The notes under the pieces are model-generated. The model saw only the letters and a list, made by a program, of their open reading frames with translations, had not been told where the DNA came from and ran no database searches. Below are positions 6,996-15,262 of a stretch of 64,000 nt of DNA, one piece after another. Position numbers and translations under genes: made by a program. Location of the stretch: assembly GCA_017447265.1 (NCBI GenBank), contig JAFSOA010000008.1:15167-79166 (forward strand), in the 5' to 3' direction. Source of the DNA: Bacteroidales bacterium. Its GTDB lineage: Bacteria > Bacteroidota > Bacteroidia > Bacteroidales > UBA932. Within the stretch, counting starts at the first letter, position 1, and every line of letters begins with the position of its first letter.

Positions 6996-9881
6996 ATGAA
7001 TAACATAGTGCGATTTTTCGGCATGGCCGCCCTCGTTGCAACGGGCGCTATCCTTTCGGGCTGCTCCAAGAGTGAAATGGAGGAACCGGAAATCAGGAAC
7101 AATTCGGATATTACGGATAACATCGTAACTGTCACCACGACCATCAATCTGGATGAGAATGATGCCACCAGGGCGCTGGCCATTGACTACGATGCAAAGA
7201 CGCTCACGAAGACCTTTGCCGTGGGCGATAAGATTGCTGTCATCTATCAGAACAATAGCGGCAATTTGGATAAGGCTGAGAGCGTGGCCCTTACCGATAG
7301 CGACCTCTTTGGTGGGGGCAAGTCGGCAAAGATTACAGTTTCCCTGACCGACCCGAAGGCCTACGGCAGTGTGAAACTCATCTACCCCGCGTCCATGGCC
7401 GGCACGGACGATGTGGACTATTCCATGCTCAAGAATCAGACAGGCACACTGGCAGGCATCGCCGCATCGTTCGACCTCGCCACCTTTGAAGGCAGTCTGG
7501 ATGGAGGGTATAGACTTCCAGCCTCAGTAAAGCTGGAGAACGAGTTTGCCATCATCGCTTATACACTGAAGAATGAGTCCGGCGCAAACGATATCACCGG
7601 CACTATCACGGGAATGACCATCAACGACGGCACCAACGGATACACCATCTCGGGCCGGGATTCCGACGGCCGCATATACGCAGCCATCCGTCCCACAAGC
7701 CATGCCGGCATCAATTACTTCGCCACCAACGGCACGAAGAACTACAACAAGTCCGTGACTGACAAGACCTACGAGGCCGGACAGTTCTATCAGCTGGGAC
7801 TGAGAATGGCGGAGGCCCCTGTCACCGACCTCTCCACTATCAGTGCCAATTACACGGTTTCAAACGGTGAAACGATCACCGGAACACTGGCTGGCAGCTA
7901 CAAGATTTCCATCGCCGCCGGCGCCACGGTAACGCTGAAGGACATGACCATTGGCGGCACTGACAATTCAGACTACCAGTGGGCCGGCATCACCTGCCTG
8001 GGCGATGCCACCATTTTCCTCAGCGGTACGAACATCGTGAGAGTATACCGAGCTGGAGAGCCGGGCATCCTGGCCGGTCCAAAGGGTACGTCGCTGACCA
8101 TCAGCGGTACAGGTTCACTTGATGTTAGCAGCGATTTCGGAGGTGCAGGCATCGGCAGCGGCACTGACGAATGCGGTGACATCATCATCAGCGGCGGCAC
8201 CATCACCGCAAAGGGTGGCTTCGGCGCACCCGGCATAGGCAGCGGCAGATCAAATTCCTGCGGCAACATTACCATCTGCGGCGGCACCATCACGGCCAAG
8301 GGCGGTGGATATGGAGTAGGTATTGGCGGCGGCTGGGACGGCTCCTGCGGTGACATCACCATCACTGACGGCGTAACCAGCGTCACCGCCATCAAGGGCG
8401 AAGACTCTGTCAACTGCATCGGCGCAGGCATTGACGGCACCTGCGGCACGGTAACCATAGGCGGCGTAGTGAGGGGCAACATCAGCGAGAGCCCTTATTT
8501 TTACCCCGAACCCACCAGACTCTCAACACTCTCATCTGACTACACGGCGGCTGACGGTGAAACGCTCTACGGCACGCTGGCCGGCAACTACAAGATTTCC
8601 ATCGCCGCCGGCGCCACGGTAACGCTGAAGGATGTGACCATCGACGGCAGCGGCAATTATGCCGGCATCAATTGCATGGGCGATGCCACCATCATCCTCG
8701 ACGGCACGAACAACGTAAAGGGATACTCTTCGGACTATCCCGGTATCTATGTGCCACGATATAAAACGCTCACCATCCTGGGTACGGGCTCGCTTACAGC
8801 TGTCGGCAACGACCGTGGCGCGGGCATCGGTGGCAGTTCTGGTGCAGACTGCGGAAACATCGTGATTGAGGGTGGCACCATCGCTGCGACGGGCGGCACC
8901 CATGCTGCCGGTATCGGCAGCGGCGGTTACGGCTCCTGCGGCGACATCACCATCAGCGGCGGAACTGTTACGGCCACAGGCGGAGATGAAGCTGCCGGTA
9001 TTGGCAGCAGTTGGGGTTCCTGCGGCAAAATCACCATCACTGACGGCGTGACCAGCGTCACCGCCACCAAGGGCTTTGACGCCTACAACAGCATCGGCGC
9101 GGGCTATCAAGGCTCCTGCGGCACGGTGACCATAGGCGGCAACGTGGGTGCAATCAGCAAGAGTCCTTACACTTTCCCCGTAATCACCGACCTTTCGACC
9201 GTCGATGGCAACTACACCGCTTTGAACCTGGAAACGCTCACCGGCACGCTGGCCGGCAACTACAAGATTTCCATCGCCGCCGGCGCTACGGTAACGCTGA
9301 AGGACATGACCATTGTCGGCACGGACAATTCAGACTACCAGTGGGCCGGCATCACCTGCGAGGGCAATGCCACCATCATCCTCGAAGGCACGAACAGCGT
9401 GGAGGGATCCTCTTATTATTATCCCGGTATCCATGTGCCGAAGGGCAGCACGCTGACCATACGGGGCACCGGTTCGCTCACTTCCAGCGGCAAAGGCGGC
9501 GGCTCGGGAATAGGCGGCATAGGTGTAAGCGACGGCAATAGATCCTATTGCGGAAACATCACGATTGAAGGCGGCATCATCACTGCCAGGGCCGGCGAAT
9601 ATGCTGCCGGCATCGGCGGCGGCAAAAACTGCAACTGCGGCAATATCACAATCACAGGCGGCACCGTCACGGCCTACGGCGGTACCAAATCAGCCGGCAT
9701 CGGCAGCAGTATGGGAAGTGACTGCGGCAATATCAGAATAACCGACGGCGTGACCAAAGTCACAGTTTACTCCGGTGCCAACTACGCCATAGGGCCAGGC
9801 ATTAACGGCTCCTGTGGCTCCGTGCGCATCGGCAGCAACTCAGGCGGTGTCGCCGGCGCCCCTTACGTCTATCAGCCATAA
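6996..9881 (+). CDS. large surface lipoprotein: fimbrillin-like N-terminal region + three ~225-aa beta-helix-type repeats
   Basis: Lipobox LSGC. Three repeats each open with TGTLAG(N/S)YKISIAAGATVTLKD(M/V)TI, followed by stacked ~24-aa coils G-x-AGIGSG-xxx-CG-x-ITI-x-GGT(I/V)TA. Confidence 0.85.
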   Translation: MNNIVRFFGMAALVATGAILSGCSKSEMEEPEIRNNSDITDNIVTVTTTINLDENDATRALAIDYDAKTLTKTFAVGDKIAVIYQNNSGNLDKAESVALTDSDLFGGGKSAKITVSLTDPKAYGSVKLIYPASMAGTDDVDYSMLKNQTGTLAGIAASFDLATFEGSLDGGYRLPASVKLENEFAIIAYTLKNESGANDITGTITGMTINDGTNGYTISGRDSDGRIYAAIRPTSHAGINYFATNGTKNYNKSVTDKTYEAGQFYQLGLRMAEAPVTDLSTISANYTVSNGETITGTLAGSYKISIAAGATVTLKDMTIGGTDNSDYQWAGITCLGDATIFLSGTNIVRVYRAGEPGILAGPKGTSLTISGTGSLDVSSDFGGAGIGSGTDECGDIIISGGTITAKGGFGAPGIGSGRSNSCGNITICGGTITAKGGGYGVGIGGGWDGSCGDITITDGVTSVTAIKGEDSVNCIGAGIDGTCGTVTIGGVVRGNISESPYFYPEPTRLSTLSSDYTAADGETLYGTLAGNYKISIAAGATVTLKDVTIDGSGNYAGINCMGDATIILDGTNNVKGYSSDYPGIYVPRYKTLTILGTGSLTAVGNDRGAGIGGSSGADCGNIVIEGGTIAATGGTHAAGIGSGGYGSCGDITISGGTVTATGGDEAAGIGSSWGSCGKITITDGVTSVTATKGFDAYNSIGAGYQGSCGTVTIGGNVGAISKSPYTFPVITDLSTVDGNYTALNLETLTGTLAGNYKISIAAGATVTLKDMTIVGTDNSDYQWAGITCEGNATIILEGTNSVEGSSYYYPGIHVPKGSTLTIRGTGSLTSSGKGGGSGIGGIGVSDGNRSYCGNITIEGGIITARAGEYAAGIGGGKNCNCGNITITGGTVTAYGGTKSAGIGSSMGSDCGNIRITDGVTKVTVYSGANYAIGPGINGSCGSVRIGSNSGGVAGAPYVYQP
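7821..9878 (+). repeat. three intragenic tandem repeats (~670-700 bp each)
   Basis: CAAGATTTCCATCGCCGCCGGCGC(C/T)ACGGTAACGCTGAAGGA recurs at 7901, 8591 and 9263. Repeat units are about 7821..8511, 8512..9179 and 9180..9878. Confidence 0.9.
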
Positions 9882-9984
9882 ACTGAGTTCTTATGACCTC
9901 CTGCGGAATTGTTGTCTGAGTTATTGCCTCACGGCTATTTTTCCCTGACCTGTTTCCCGCTCACATGCTCTATCCGGAAATCCA

Positions 9985-10016
9985 GAACGGCGGCTCTGGG
10001 GCCGTTCTTGTTATGC
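9985..10016 (+). terminator. possible terminator of the lipoprotein gene
   Basis: AGAACGGC (9985..9992) pairs with GCCGTTCT (10002..10009), followed by TGTTATGCTT. The T-tract is weak. Confidence 0.3.
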
Positions 10017-10040
10017 TTCCGCCGGACAAACATACTGCGA

Positions 10041-10142
10041 AGCAATTTGACGCGGGACACCCAAATTGAACTCTGAATCAGCCTCTCACGATGCTGTAAG
10101 GGCGGTTTTGGTCAGCAGATTGAAAATGTGCGGAAAACAGGA
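10041..10142 (+). repeat. 102-bp direct repeat, copy 2
   Basis: See 6613..6714. The flanks on both sides of the two copies are unrelated. Confidence 0.95.
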
Positions 10143-11037
10143 AGAGACTCTCCCAGGCCTACGCACGCCAACGCACAGGGCTCTCGCACAATATATACCC
10201 GCCCGCCCTGCGATGGCATCCTCCGGCAGCTGCGCTGCCTCCGGATAGCCCGCTGCCCAGCCAGCCCACTAGCGGATTGCTCCGCTGCTGCGCAGCTCCG
10301 CAACCGCCGGTGTCTCAACCCCTGTCGGCTGCCGCCGACATCCCATTTCAGGGGAAATCGCGGTCATTGAGACCGCGGCGCCGCTCATGGTGCAGGTGTT
10401 GGCTGTTGAGGTAACGCTAGTGCCAGTAGTGATGGAGGTCAATGCCGATGCTGCCAGCGCCAGCGCGGTCCACGTTCCTATAGTATCAGTGCTTATAGTG
10501 CTATTGGGGAAATCGAGACCCCGGGCCGATGTCTTCCATATATACCAGGGAAGGAGACCATTCTTCCTGATGCCGATGATGATATCCGCCTTCGGCGAAA
10601 TTAAGCCCTGTCGGGCTTTTCCTCCTTGCGGCTCGGCATAGCAAACGAGTTTGCTATGCTCTCGCTCGCTGCGTCGGTTTTGGCCGGTGCCGTTCGGGCC
10701 GATGGTGCCAGGCCTCCGTTGTCGGGCACTCACTGCGGCCTGCAGCGTCGGTGCGGTGCGAGGGTAGATCAGCGGTCAGCCGTATTCGGCAGTCCAGCAC
10801 GGCTGGCCAGCCCAATACGTCTGGGTTATATGAGTGCCCGCCAGTCCGCCGTGGCGGCCAGGCCGGCACGATTAAGGGAAAAGCGGTATGGGAGACTGTG
10901 TCAGTTGCTCTCCCCAAAGGGGCCCCTCAGCAACCGCCACAGACTCCCATCCTGTCATCCCCCCGGCCCCCAAGGGAGATAACGCCCGGGAGGCGTCGGA
11001 GCAGTTCGGAGGTCCGTCCTCCGGGGGCCGCTGTCAT

Positions 11038-11172
11038 AACATAACGAGCGCTAAATTGTATAACTTCCTGCATCAGCGGTAGTGCCCCGTCCGGAAATCA
11101 GTTAAAGTGCGAGTATAGGTAACAACGTACAAACGCCTTACACGCAGGAAGTTATACAATTTTCGTTATGTT
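11038..11172. repeat. 29-bp perfect inverted repeat (5-nt bulge) enclosing a 72-nt AT-richer segment
   Basis: AACATAACGA[gcgct]AAATTGTATAACTTCCTGC (11038..11071) is the exact reverse complement of GCAGGAAGTTATACAATTTTCGTTATGTT (11144..11172). Confidence 0.9.
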
Positions 11173-11933
11173 AAAAAAGCTACAACGTTCCAAGTGCGAA
11201 GGCTTTCCCCCTGAACTCCCGGTCGAGGCGGCGGCAGGAGAGGGACTGGCGGCAGTGGCCGGTCCGTCACCGGCCCTTTGCCAGCCCCGCGCCGGGCAGA
11301 GGAATCGGGGCCCCGTACCCCCCAATTCCTCTACCTCGGCGCAGCCCCGCATCAGCGACATCAATATTCCACTGACATCTCCCGCATCAGCATTGGTGCA
11401 GTTCGAGCATCCTGCCGCCTTATGCCCTTCGGGCGGGTCGCTCCGTCTGTGACTCCTTGTGGCCGGGCAAGCCGTCCACAAAGAGTCAAGAGCCTCCGCT
11501 CCAAGGTAGAGTATCACCTGGTCGCTGTTCCGGAAGGCCTTTCCGTCCTTCCGCAGTCGCTACGGTCACACGGGTGCTACGCATCCCGTGTCACCTCCGC
11601 TTTGCTCCAGAACGGAAAAGCCTCCCGGGCGCCCAGGAAGCGGTCCTCCGGCCTGCTGGCGCAGCGTGTGTCAGGACAAGCCAGCCACACCCTGCGCGGT
11701 GGAAACCGTCCCTGCATTGGCTTCGCCGCCAGCGATATCCTTCGATTCAGCCTTGCTATGGGCCGTCCCGGCCCAGGCCCCGGAGGCCGTTTGCCCACCG
11801 CACAGTCCACTGTCTTTGTCGGCGGTCTGGAGCCTAAGGTCTCCAGCCCGTTGGCCCGCCAAAGCCAGTGGCCACCCCACACTTCCAGACCGCCTCCGGG
11901 GCCAACGCTCCAGTCTCTGCGCTCCTTCCGCGT

Positions 11934-12042
11934 CCTTGGTCATTTAGAGACTCAAAGGCCGGCGCCCGCCTCAACGCCGGCAACAATTCCCACGACATCA
12001 CCCGCGCCATCGTCCAGCCTTTGAGACTCTAAACAACCAAGG
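11934..12042. repeat. 24-bp extended inverted repeat (1 mismatch, 2x2 internal loop)
   Basis: CCTTGGT-ca-TTTAGAGACTCAAAGGC (11934..11959) pairs with GCCTTTGAGACTCTAAA-ca-ACCAAGG (12017..12042). Confidence 0.85.
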
Positions 12043-12191
12043 CCACCCTGCTGACGTACGCCCCAACCGCAGTGCTAAAACCACCGCCGTACCCCGCCCG
12101 AGCCGCAGAACATAGAATATATATACCACAAGGAAGCAGCGGCTGGCGCCGCTGCGGTGGCCTTGCGCTTGGATAAGATGCGGATTTTCAG

Positions 12192-12199
12192 TAATTTTG
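12192..12199 (+). promoter_or_regulatory. -7 promoter motif for paralog 1
   Basis: TAATTTTG matches TAnnTTTG, 60 nt upstream of the ATG at 12259. Confidence 0.4.
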
Positions 12200-12258
12200 T
12201 TGAGGCTTTGATGCCTGACTGTTGTTGCCGACCTGACCAAAACACCAAACCTGAACTT

Positions 12259-12981
12259 ATGCCCCTTTTCCGGCCTTCCATACTCTTTTCCGACGCCTAC
12301 GGCTCCACCAAGGACTTCACCTGGTTCCATCGGGGCGGGAAGTGCTTTGTCAAGAGACGGGTGAGGCCCACGTATGTGACAACGCCGGCACGGCAGGAAT
12401 ACCTGGATGTCCACCGGCGGGCGCTGGCCGCCTGGCGTGAACAGGAGCATCAGGTCCAGCTGCAGTGGAACGAACTCGGTCGCTCCGCCATAAGCCACCG
12501 GCCACCCTACGACAACACAACCTGGATATCCGGGCAGAATCTCTTCGTATCGGCCTATCACGGTTTCTACACCCTGGGGAACGAGCATACGCCAGCGCCT
12601 CTGCCATTCGGGCCGTTCCCGGTGTTCGCGATGGAGTTTTCGTCGGCTTCCATCACCGGGAGCGGCGCTTTGTCGTTGAGGTTCCGGGGATATTGCGGCG
12701 GCACCGATTGTCCGGAGCGTTACAGGATCCTGATGAAACTGTATATTACCAGGCCCGGAAGGGGTAAGAGCATGGAGAAGCTGCGTAACGTCCTCGCGTC
12801 TTCCGTCTGCTCCGGGGAGTCCTGCTTCATCGACTTCATCATCCCGGATTATCTGGAGAGGTGGCATCTGGATGCGCTGCCAAGCTACGGCGCCCATTGC
12901 CAGTACATAGTCCTGGACACGCAGACCGGCTACCGGGACCAGTACAGGAGCTACGATTTCCAGTTCGACCTTCCTCAATGA
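12259..12981 (+). CDS. uncharacterised paralog family member 1 (most divergent)
   Basis: Start chosen by alignment to the paralogs: MPLFRPSILFSDAYGSTKDFT versus M..(I/L)PSIAF...SGSAKGVT. Shared W..L....Q..W..L and SG.NL(F/Y) motifs. The listed start 12157 adds 34 unaligned residues. The long antisense ORF 11998..12978 was rejected. Confidence 0.7.
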   Translation: MPLFRPSILFSDAYGSTKDFTWFHRGGKCFVKRRVRPTYVTTPARQEYLDVHRRALAAWREQEHQVQLQWNELGRSAISHRPPYDNTTWISGQNLFVSAYHGFYTLGNEHTPAPLPFGPFPVFAMEFSSASITGSGALSLRFRGYCGGTDCPERYRILMKLYITRPGRGKSMEKLRNVLASSVCSGESCFIDFIIPDYLERWHLDALPSYGAHCQYIVLDTQTGYRDQYRSYDFQFDLPQ

Positions 12982-13087
12982 GGGAGGTTTTTTTGTCTTC
13001 CGGTATAGTTGAGTTAATTAAAGTATAACTTTAGGTAAATACGACTAAAGCGCTGTAATTTAGTTTGCAAATTAGAATTATTTGCAC

Positions 13088-13095
13088 TATCTTTG
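13088..13095 (+). promoter_or_regulatory. -7 promoter motif for paralog 2
   Basis: TATCTTTG lies within the AT-rich 165-bp gap, 56 nt upstream of the ATG at 13151. Confidence 0.4.
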
Positions 13096-13150
13096 TTGAC
13101 AGATAGTTAACCACTGTCACTTGAACCTGTACTTAACCTAAACTTTTCTT

Positions 13151-14203
13151 ATGATCGCTTTACCGTCCATTGCCTTCGGCGGATTCAGCGGCTCCGCGAA
13201 GGGCGTAACGGCCCGCTACCGGGACGGCCGCAGCATCCTGTCCCTGAAGTGCTACCCGACCGGGGAGGCAACCGTCGCACAGATAGCCCGCCGCGTATCC
13301 ATGGCGAGGATCACGAAGTCCTGGAAGAAGCTGACCGACATCCAGCGGCAGGACTGGGACCGCCTGGCAGGTCACGCCAGCGGCCAGAGCGTTTTCGGGC
13401 AGAAGGCGGAACTCTCCGGCATGAACCTCTACGTCCGGCTTAACGTCAACCGCGTCATGGCCGGCGAATCCCTCCTTTCCACGCCTCCTGCAGGCCAGGT
13501 GGCTGTCCCCAATGTCGAGTATGAAAATGTGTCCGTGACTCCGCAGCTGATTGTCTTCGGTGGCATCCGGCACCAGTCCAGCCCCAATAAGTTGGTGGTG
13601 AAGATGTCCGGGAGCCAGTCTGCCGGCATCTCCAATGGCTGGAGCAAGACGGTCATTATTTCTTCCGAGGTGGAGGATGACTGGGGTGAAGCGGATGTGA
13701 CCTCCCTCTATCTCAAGACTATCGGTGTGGAGCCTACGCCCGGCCAGAAGGTCTTCATCGAGTGCTACTGGCTGGACACTTCCACCGGTTTCACGGGGCA
13801 GATCTTCAAGGACAGCGTGATTGTCACTGGAGAGTCCTCCTACACGCCCCGCAAGCGTGTGACTATGGACCGGCTTAACCCGAACTATGAGCAGCACGTA
13901 AGTGCCATTGACGTGGACTTTTCCTCCGGCGCTCCTGTCGTTCAGTATGACGTGATGTGCGAAGGCCATAGCAACGTAGCCTCCTCTGAGGTGAATCTGG
14001 TAGATGAACTGCCGGCTGAACTTCAGGGAACGTCCTGGGCTATTGGCCGTGGCAACGGTGAGGACGGTAAACTTTGCGCCCAGTCCTATGTAATGTGGCT
14101 CTACGGCGCCCGGTATGGCGACCCTGCCAAGATCACCTTCGCGCATCGAGGCGGCTATTATGTCAAACCTACCGAGGTCTTCGGGCCTGGCGTAATCTAC
14201 TAA
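13151..14203 (+). CDS. uncharacterised paralog family member 2 (long C-terminal extension)
   Basis: MIALPSIAFGGFSGSAKGVTARYRDGR...WKKLTDIQRQDWDRLA...LSGMNLYVRLN aligns with 15747..16472 over about the first 110 aa. The antisense ORF 13160..14263 was rejected. Confidence 0.8.
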   Translation: MIALPSIAFGGFSGSAKGVTARYRDGRSILSLKCYPTGEATVAQIARRVSMARITKSWKKLTDIQRQDWDRLAGHASGQSVFGQKAELSGMNLYVRLNVNRVMAGESLLSTPPAGQVAVPNVEYENVSVTPQLIVFGGIRHQSSPNKLVVKMSGSQSAGISNGWSKTVIISSEVEDDWGEADVTSLYLKTIGVEPTPGQKVFIECYWLDTSTGFTGQIFKDSVIVTGESSYTPRKRVTMDRLNPNYEQHVSAIDVDFSSGAPVVQYDVMCEGHSNVASSEVNLVDELPAELQGTSWAIGRGNGEDGKLCAQSYVMWLYGARYGDPAKITFAHRGGYYVKPTEVFGPGVIY

Positions 14204-14210
14204 TAAGGCT

Positions 14211-14954
14211 ATGAACTTCAATTCTTTAGGCAATAATTTTGGGGCTGGCTCCATCAGTTTCAAGTCCCATCAGGAGGAGAATTTCGTAGTCCTGAACGCG
14301 AATTTCACCTACAATCCGGAAAACGCAGACTATCAGGCTGCAGATGTCCTGGAAATCTATGTGCCGGACCTCTCTATAGGTCGTAGTGCCATTGCCGGTG
14401 TGTTCCTCCGGTTCAGCGATGTCAGGGATAGTTACGGTTACACTTGGGATAACAGCGGCGGTACCGTCTTGAAATCCTGGGTAAAGGACAAAAACACGAT
14501 CTGCATCGAGAAGTTCACCAACTTCGACGAGAAAGGAGAGATTACCATCTACATCCTGACTCTCTACACGATGCTGGCCCGGGGCGGAAACCCCATCAAG
14601 GGAACACAGACAAGGCTCCAGACTTCCACTGAAGGCAATTATCTTCGCTGGGGGTATGACTCGTTCTTCGTGGAGTTTGAGCATTGGATCTTCTTGCACA
14701 TGATGTATTCCAGCTGTACTTATGCGTACCGGGATTCCGCTTGGGAATGCAGTCTGGATAACCTGCCGTCCGGCATTACTGCAGACCTTCCGTTCTGTGG
14801 TGGCGGCAACCAGTACAATCCGTCTGTGGATGGTATGTCGGAAGCCCACATTGAGAATGGTGTATTAACCTGTGCAACCCGCACCGCCGGCTTTGATGAC
14901 ACCGGCCACGAGCCTTTCATCTTCGCCTTCCTGGTGCGTGACAGTGAAGAATAA
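14211..14954 (+). CDS. hypothetical protein
   Basis: 247-aa ORF with balanced composition, 7 nt after the upstream stop. No recognisable motif. Confidence 0.65.
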   Translation: MNFNSLGNNFGAGSISFKSHQEENFVVLNANFTYNPENADYQAADVLEIYVPDLSIGRSAIAGVFLRFSDVRDSYGYTWDNSGGTVLKSWVKDKNTICIEKFTNFDEKGEITIYILTLYTMLARGGNPIKGTQTRLQTSTEGNYLRWGYDSFFVEFEHWIFLHMMYSSCTYAYRDSAWECSLDNLPSGITADLPFCGGGNQYNPSVDGMSEAHIENGVLTCATRTAGFDDTGHEPFIFAFLVRDSEE

Positions 14955-14965
14955 CTGACTGCCTT

Positions 14966-15262
14966 ATGTCCGCCAAGAAGAAATACGAGCTCACCCGCCT
15001 GCAGGGCGCAATGTCCATCGCCAGCTTCAGTGCCGGCACGGTCATCTGCATGGTGTGCCTTTTCTTTGTCCCTCCCATCGGTGAAATCTCCAGCACGGCG
15101 ATGATGGCCGTCTCGGAATTCCTGGTTCTCTGCGGCGGGCTGCTTGGCTCCAAGGCCAGCTTCGATATGCGGATGCAGCGCTTTGAAGCCAAGGTGATGA
15201 ACGAGATCCGTAATGCCGATGCTCCCGGCCAGCCCGAAAACGACCACAAAACTGAATTATGA
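14966..15262 (+). CDS. small two-TM membrane protein, holin-like
   Basis: 98 aa with two hydrophobic helices (AMSIASFSAGTVICMVCLFFV and TAMMAVSEFLVLCGGLLG) and a charged C-terminal tail. Stop overlaps the next start (ATGA). Confidence 0.6.
   Translation: MSAKKKYELTRLQGAMSIASFSAGTVICMVCLFFVPPIGEISSTAMMAVSEFLVLCGGLLGSKASFDMRMQRFEAKVMNEIRNADAPGQPENDHKTEL

Larger units (their letters stand above)
10143..12191. ncRNA. ORF-poor GC-rich ~2-kb tract; candidate large structured RNA(s) or decayed DNA
   Basis: Only short overlapping ORFs in all six frames, with Arg/Pro/Ser/Ala-rich junk translations. Many GC hairpins, two long extended stems, and recurring ATATATACC islands. Strand and boundaries are unknown. 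Confidence 0.3.

Noticed and set aside
10269-10733. 154-aa minus-strand ORF whose middle (IGIRKNGLLPWYIWKTSARGLDFPNSTISTD...) has more normal composition
   Set aside because: Only about 60 residues look protein-like and the ends are junk. It could be a decayed gene fragment, but there is no start context or recognisable motif. Kept only as an argument for the pseudogene alternative.
11278-12024. 248-aa ORF inside the 2-kb tract as a possible real gene
   Set aside because: The translation is dominated by Arg/Pro/Ser/Ala/Gly with no hydrophobic core pattern. It overlaps comparably long ORFs in other frames and on the other strand, and it lacks an upstream promoter motif.
10143-12191. Group II intron, RNase P RNA, tmRNA or rRNA fragment as the identity of the ORF-free tract
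   Set aside because: I could not find a domain V-like 34-nt hairpin with the AGC triad and GNRA loop, or an intron-encoded RT. The RNase P P4 signature GAGGAAAGUCC, a tmRNA tag/tRNA-like end, and universal rRNA motifs were also absent. This was by-eye scanning only.
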